The notes under the pieces: model-generated
The model's input: the letters and a program-made list of their open reading frames with translations, nothing else
Told to the model about the DNA's origin: nothing
The model's database searches: none
Program-made: the position numbers and the translations under genes
Shown here: positions 61,701-64,000 of the stretch, in pieces
Layout of the letters: the number at the start of each line of letters is the position of its first letter
Position numbering within the stretch: position 1 is the stretch's first letter
NCBI GenBank assembly: GCA_048128005.1
Contig: JBEUKZ010000098.1
Span: 124,001 to 188,000, forward strand
DNA length: 64,000 nucleotides
Direction of reading: 5' to 3'
Source: Veleropilina oligotropha
Taxonomy: Eukaryota

Positions 61701-63729
61701 CTTATTCCAGAGGGTCGATGCCGCATGTGCAAAGAGCTGAAATGAGTAAGTTTTCAGTGATCCTATGAACGAGTTCAGAGATGGAGACTGTTTGAGAGGT
61801 AAAGGAAGCTTATTCCAGAGGGTCGATGCCGCATGTGCAAAGACCGATAAACGAAAGATTTTAGTTTTCGTTTGGGAATAACGAGCAGTTTTTGATTCTC
61901 AGATCAGAGGCTTCTGCCCGGCGCATACTCATAGACAAGGTCAGACAGGTAGTCGGGGGCTGTTCTGTCAATACACTGGTAATTTATAGATAACAGCTTG
62001 TATTCGATTTTTGTCTTCACTGGTAGGCAATGTAGCGCCTTTACAACCGGAGTGATGTTCTGCCTCTTGTTGGTGAGAGAGACAATCCGGGCTGCAGTAT
62101 TTTGAATCTTTTGAAGCTTATGAAGCTGTTTGTTATCGAGTCCAAACAGGAGGCAGTTGCAGTAATCTAATCTTGATAAAACCAAGCTCCAAACCAGAGT
62201 ATGGGCAGCATTCGATGTTATTTGATGCCTAATATTGCCAATGGCACGAAGATGGAAATAATAGGTTCTGATATATACTAAGATATTGTTGTTTGGCTCT
62301 CCATGTTTTCTATATTTCAATTATTTGTTCTCCTAAATACTTAACTAGAAATGATTATCACATTATTTCAAAATTATACTGATTCTAAAACAACCCAGCC
62401 TGTTGCTCCGCACACGAATAACCACGACCGAGATCGGCTGTACCTCTGTGTGGTGCTCCTGGTCTGATACGGCCACGATCACGTACGGATCAGCCTTGCC
62501 GGTCTTGTCCTTCGGCGCGAGATCTCTGTAATCAAATAACGATGTACATCAACCATAGAAACAGAATTATAGGTCATGACATCATTGATCAGGCCGCAAC
62601 TTACTATCATGTACCTGAAAACATATCAGCACAAGGTAACAAGGGATACCATAAATAAAAGGAAACAAGGGATACCATAAATAAAAGCAGCTCAAGTGTC
62701 TATTGTATGTAACTTTACATTTAAGGTAAATTATTAGAACTTGGACTTAGACAACTGTCAGCCATAGAAATATATGTCTATCTCTATATATAAAAGAGTA
62801 GTCTGTCTGTCCACTATCTCCTCCATAACCACTGGGCCGATCCTCACCAAACTTTGCATGTGAACTAAGGGTACCCAGGGGATGGTCTTGGCTGCAAAAA
62901 AAATTTCAATTGTGAAGAAAAAAAATTACAAAAAAAAATTATTAATTTGTACTTTTAGGCGAAAAATATAAATTTGCCAAATTTTATGCAATTTGTAGTT
63001 GCCGCAAAATAAAGCAAAAAATACAAAATATTCTATGTATATAAGTACACATTGTCAATTAATATGAGGGGTGAAGCCCCCTCCAATTGGGGCCGCAGGC
63101 CCCACGACGCTGAATTAGAGCTCCCGAAGGGAGCTCAATTCAGCTAGTAGTATACATTTTCTACAAAATGACAAAAAATAGAATTTATATGAAGTGCTGA
63201 CATGAAGGTAATAATGCTCTTATGTCACACTGACAATTTCAGATTATTCGGACGCAATTAATCAGTTACATTTCCAATACCCACAGGACGTGGGCGACAT
63301 TTTACTAGATATTCTATATTTCATAACTCTTATAACTCGAGACATCCTCATGAATGTCACGCTTTACGTTAAGAGTTTAAAAATGTCAGCCTTCTCCGAT
63401 CTCATCCAATGGCTGCTCATCTGGCACCTGCGCACCTAATAGAGAGAGGATTCATGCACTATGCACTGACTTATGTTGTGCCAAAGGTGTGACTGACAGT
63501 CTTAAGGACATTCCAATCATTGTTCACGGGGCATAATGAAAAACATTTATTTTCAATATTTCGTACCAATGATCTTTCTATTGATCGCTATATATCCACT
63601 TAGCGACTTACCTGGCCTCCTGAACGTGGACGATTAGCTGATTGCTGGAGCGACCGACATTCAGGTAGATCTCGCCCTGAATCTCTGCGTCTCGCAAAAC
63701 CTTAGCAACAGGCAGCCAGCTTTCAAAAC
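22411..63729 (-). CDS. RASAL1: RASAL1/RASA4(CAPRI)-like GAP1-family Ras GTPase-activating protein (C2-C2-RasGAP-PH-BTK), 5'-partial, 16 exons, ~738 aa visible
   Basis: 16 GT-AG exons join in one frame. Motifs: C2B DLAPKD..ADPYV..VWDWDRLREDDFMG; arginine finger DPNTLFRGNSLATK; FLFLRFFGPAVLSPKLF; PH domain (ILKQGYLQK..ICAVERVD..NELYSWISAIRK); BTK motif FHPGVYRNSKWNCC..GC; VTLGDWRDPIDPD as in RASAL1. Family is certain; exact orthology (RASAL1 vs RASA4) is not. Confidence 0.9.
22956..24352 (-). mobile_element. HINE-like element with about nine ~145-bp central repeats
   Basis: Monomer palindrome aaagtaggtc..gacctacttt; hairpin tgccccca..tgggggca; tgcccccac near the other end. Confidence 0.8.
24659..24779 (-). 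CDS. RASAL1: RasGAP exon
   Basis: SGCSETNLQVTLGDWRDPIDPDVESQIIFTQLSNGHNYL. Confidence 0.92.
25249..25384 (-). CDS. RASAL1: RasGAP exon (PH end / BTK motif)
   Basis: DINELYSWISAIRKTCALNKHLCTNFHPGVYRNSKWNCCHKVEEK. Confidence 0.93.
26212..26474 (+). mobile_element. tRNA-derived SINE (family S1), young copy
   Basis: A-box-like GGTAGCGCAGTGG, B-box-like GGGATCGACCCC, (cct)n tail; nearly identical to 56829-57092. Confidence 0.8.
26703..29007. mobile_element. non-autonomous TIR element with 5-bp TSD AGTGT
   Basis: Imperfect TIR ccgagccgtagcca / tggctacagccatg; removing it plus one AGTGT restores the host monomer gtaagtgtagaaag. Confidence 0.7.
27460..28445 (-). mobile_element. HINE-like element with ~151-bp repeats, nested in the TIR element
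   Basis: AACTAG end, tatcccc subterminal motif, hairpin tatccccgaaa..tttcggggata; degenerate relative at 30020-30228. Confidence 0.8.
29831..29959 (-). CDS. RASAL1: RasGAP exon (PH domain)
   Basis: SVVTVPTSSICAVERVDHSAFGKDNMGQVITTDTESYLYFQAK. Confidence 0.92.
30419..30594 (-). CDS. RASAL1: RasGAP exon (PH domain start)
   Basis: KEEKDVRVPFSRSVILKQGYLQKSRNPNRRLMHSFSFKQRYFLLTHDALQHSASHEDK. Confidence 0.92.
31210..34183 (-). repeat. 98-bp tandem array (about 30 copies) derived from a RasGAP exon end plus its splice donor
   Basis: Period 98 (cttacagcc at 31589 and 31687); unit = 68 nt of exon 34116-34183 plus 30 nt of intron. Confidence 0.95.
34116..34254 (-). CDS. RASAL1: RasGAP exon (GAP domain C-terminus)
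   Basis: IMINISNMTTQILKEPWLESLQSLITGSIPEVKAFIDRLVDVDEAG; cttcag/gtaagt. Confidence 0.92.
34728..34865 (-). CDS. RASAL1: RasGAP exon (FLR motif)
   Basis: HQSYQVVTCFLFLRFFGPAVLSPKLFAIEEHHPERKVSRTLMLLAK. Confidence 0.95.
35040..35115 (-). mobile_element. tRNA-like SINE head
   Basis: GGGGGCAGCGTGGCCGAGTGG...GGGTTCAAGCCCC A/B boxes; related head at about 26505-26582 (-). Confidence 0.5.
36266..36358 (-). repeat. three 31-bp units spanning the donor of exon 36332-36524
   Basis: ttac at 36266, 36297 and 36328, each followed by a cgctccc core. Confidence 0.8.
36332..36524 (-). CDS. RASAL1: RasGAP exon
   Basis: RYKGLAKESTDHVIKASKDSLASYMREILDQVFSSTEQCPTIMRLVFKTLQRRVREKWPGERNR. Confidence 0.93.
36918..37963. 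repeat. 28-bp minisatellite, about 37 copies
   Basis: Unit catagcacaccggtgtgggttgatgatc. Confidence 0.97.
38046..38437. mobile_element. MITE (same family as 7017-7428), 5-bp TSD AAAAT
   Basis: aaaat|CAGGCATGGATCCAGG ... CCTGGATCCGCGCCTG|aaaat. Confidence 0.88.
38617..38726 (-). CDS. RASAL1: RasGAP exon
   Basis: IVGIPYLHMTLGPAINKIYCDKKAVELDPSRVGSIK. Confidence 0.93.
39454..39878 (-). mobile_element. non-autonomous Helitron (39454-39700) plus a tandem partial copy (about 39715-39878)
   Basis: On the minus strand, A|TC 5' end, 3' hairpin acccg-gcgaaga-cgggt, then CTAG|T. Confidence 0.75.
40388..40545. repeat. long imperfect palindrome
   Basis: ttattccatggggttttg / caaaaccccatggaataa; cgagagaactg / cagttctctcg. 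Confidence 0.8.
40626..40690 (-). CDS. RASAL1: RasGAP exon (arginine finger)
   Basis: DPNTLFRGNSLATKSLDQFMK. Confidence 0.95.
41000..41157. repeat. long near-perfect palindrome
   Basis: tgtgtggattctggcacatcggaaac / gtttccgatgtgcaagaatccacaca; gtgacgtcgtagtttttgc / gcaaaaactacgacgtcac. Confidence 0.85.
41570..42102. mobile_element. piggyBac-like MITE (TTAA TSD) containing the HINE copy 41625-42067
   Basis: ttaa|CCCTTC ... GAAGGG|ttaa. Confidence 0.55.
42364..42514 (-). CDS. RASAL1: RasGAP exon (GAP domain N-terminus)
   Basis: RCQVNILSMLREVHTLDLASIGATLVKFYLNHGAVVNYLDTICTEEIKKT; an alternative in-frame acceptor would start it at 42505. Confidence 0.85.
42808..42922 (-). CDS. RASAL1: RasGAP exon
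   Basis: RNRGSLFIKARLMEERVLPSVHYQTLADLLLESVQANQ. Confidence 0.9.
43288..43382 (-). CDS. RASAL1: RasGAP exon (end of C2B)
   Basis: VLLRLGDIPQGQMELMWHRLGTKANIMLRSL; phase 0 to 2 fits neighbours. Confidence 0.82.
43501..46586 (-). mobile_element. HINE-like satellite-bearing element(s), host of the CR1 LINE
   Basis: AACAAG end, atcccccc subterminal motif, agggcaataactctgtt..aaaggcaccagttcacc monomers, GACG microsatellites, hairpin atccccccg..cggggggat. Confidence 0.75.
44193..46005 (+). mobile_element. 5'-truncated CR1-group LINE with uninterrupted RT ORF (to the stop at 45918)
   Basis: KAPGPD, PIFKKG, NYRPVSLTS, QHGF, YLDFQKAFDKVPH, GVPQGSVLGP, FADD, EKDLGV, LVRPHLEY; short 3' UTR ending in (tctatttaag)2; no endonuclease domain. 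Confidence 0.92.
46872..47009 (-). CDS. RASAL1: RasGAP exon (C2B)
   Basis: TQRKTRFPSWDEKFEFTLPPTCSEDTIITVSVWDWDRLREDDFMGQ. Confidence 0.93.
49500..50585 (-). pseudogene. DIRS tyrosine recombinase relic
   Basis: RRQSTSKVYDYQWLKF, VEGYRAA, PAWNIVLIL..PFEPL, GFLAKNQ, ICPVRTLRYYLDRT, RAHEI; several frameshifts and deletions. Confidence 0.85.
50640..52203 (-). pseudogene. DIRS RT-RNase H-MT relic
   Basis: GFYSYFFLVP..WRPILDL, IDLTDAYLHVP, LPFGL.SAP.VFTK, YLDDWL; RNase H TDAS..GW, TDNTTVVAY..QGGTRS, HIPGKLNVLADSLSR; MT domain AVDALSMTWENLIAYAFPP at about 50670-50730. Confidence 0.9.
52330..54430 (-). pseudogene. DIRS gag-like ORF1 relic
   Basis: GC-rich, frameshifted Pro/Ser-rich ORFs upstream of RT; LGNALLLRR and SLFGG segments typical of DIRS ORF1. 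Confidence 0.6.
56829..57092 (+). mobile_element. tRNA-derived SINE (family S1), young copy
   Basis: Nearly identical to 26212-26474. Confidence 0.8.
57214..58466 (-). mobile_element. HINE-like element with degenerate central repeats
   Basis: AACAAG end, tatccccc motif, long (GACG)n, hairpin tatccccc..gggggata. Confidence 0.75.
58467..61606 (-). mobile_element. HINE-like element with about 16 near-identical 178-192-bp repeats
   Basis: AACAAG end, gtctcgccc motif, (GAC/GCC)n, hairpin gtctcgc..gcgagac. Confidence 0.85.
61607..62330 (-). mobile_element. L2-like LINE 3' fragment (its tail lies at 57128-57213)
   Basis: HLRAIGNIR..LVLSRLDYCN..LQKIQNTAARIV..ITPVVKALHCLPV; internal ~110-bp duplication at 61628-61840. 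Confidence 0.8.
62444..62525 (-). CDS. RASAL1: RasGAP exon (C2B)
   Basis: DLAPKDKTGKADPYVIVAVSDQEHHTE; ttacag/gtacag. Confidence 0.92.
62781..63147 (+). mobile_element. non-autonomous Helitron
   Basis: A|TC start, (CTGT)n, 3' hairpin gctgaatt-a-gagctccc-gaa-gggagctc-aattcagc ending in CTAG|T. Confidence 0.75.
63612..63729 (-). CDS. RASAL1: RasGAP exon (end of C2A / start of C2B)
   Basis: GFESWLPVAKVLRDAEIQGEIYLNVGRSSNQLIVHVQEAR; tttcag/gtaagt. Confidence 0.9.
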
Positions 63730-64000
63730 CTGAAATATAAATTTTATGATATATTTTATTTCAGAAGTGAATGTAAAATGTCTCCAATACACTACAATGA
63801 AATTATAGTTTTTTAAAATTGAAATCTATTCATCAGTTATTATTTAGGGATGTGATTTGCACAATGTTGAAATTCGATGCCGACAGAGCCAAAAAGGGTT
63901 AAGAGAAGTACACAGTCTAGAAAAGGAGTCCACAAATATTACATTGTCATAGTATTTTGAATCTAAATTCTAATATAGCTAAATGTGTTACAATATGAGG

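Noticed and set aside
62395..62490. Possible third exon-end duplication after exon 62444-62525
   Set aside because: Only two 6-mers (TCGTGG, GGAGCA) match at similar spacing; too weak to distinguish from chance.

Overview
AT-rich, intron-rich animal genomic DNA. The repeat content suggests an invertebrate, but the taxon cannot be fixed from the sequence. There are two convergent spliced genes. Elongin B (ELOB, + strand, 4 coding exons, ~5355-11419) is complete. A RASAL1/RASA4(CAPRI)-like GAP1-family RasGAP (- strand, 16 phase-consistent exons, 63729-22411) has its 5' end beyond the window. Introns and intergenic DNA are packed with nested mobile elements: a full-length but decayed DIRS1-type tyrosine-recombinase retrotransposon (48271-55653), a 5'-truncated CR1-group LINE with an intact RT ORF, about ten Helentron-associated (HINE/DINE-1-like) elements carrying different 140-190 bp satellite arrays, non-autonomous Helitrons, TIR elements with 5-bp TSDs, a TTAA-flanked THAP remnant, tRNA-derived SINEs and long palindromes. 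The most unusual observation is that two RasGAP exon-intron junctions have been tandemly amplified (a ~30-copy 98-bp array and a 3-copy 31-bp repeat, each unit carrying the exon end plus its GTAA splice donor), both at unusually GC3-rich exons. All calls were made by eye, without database searches.
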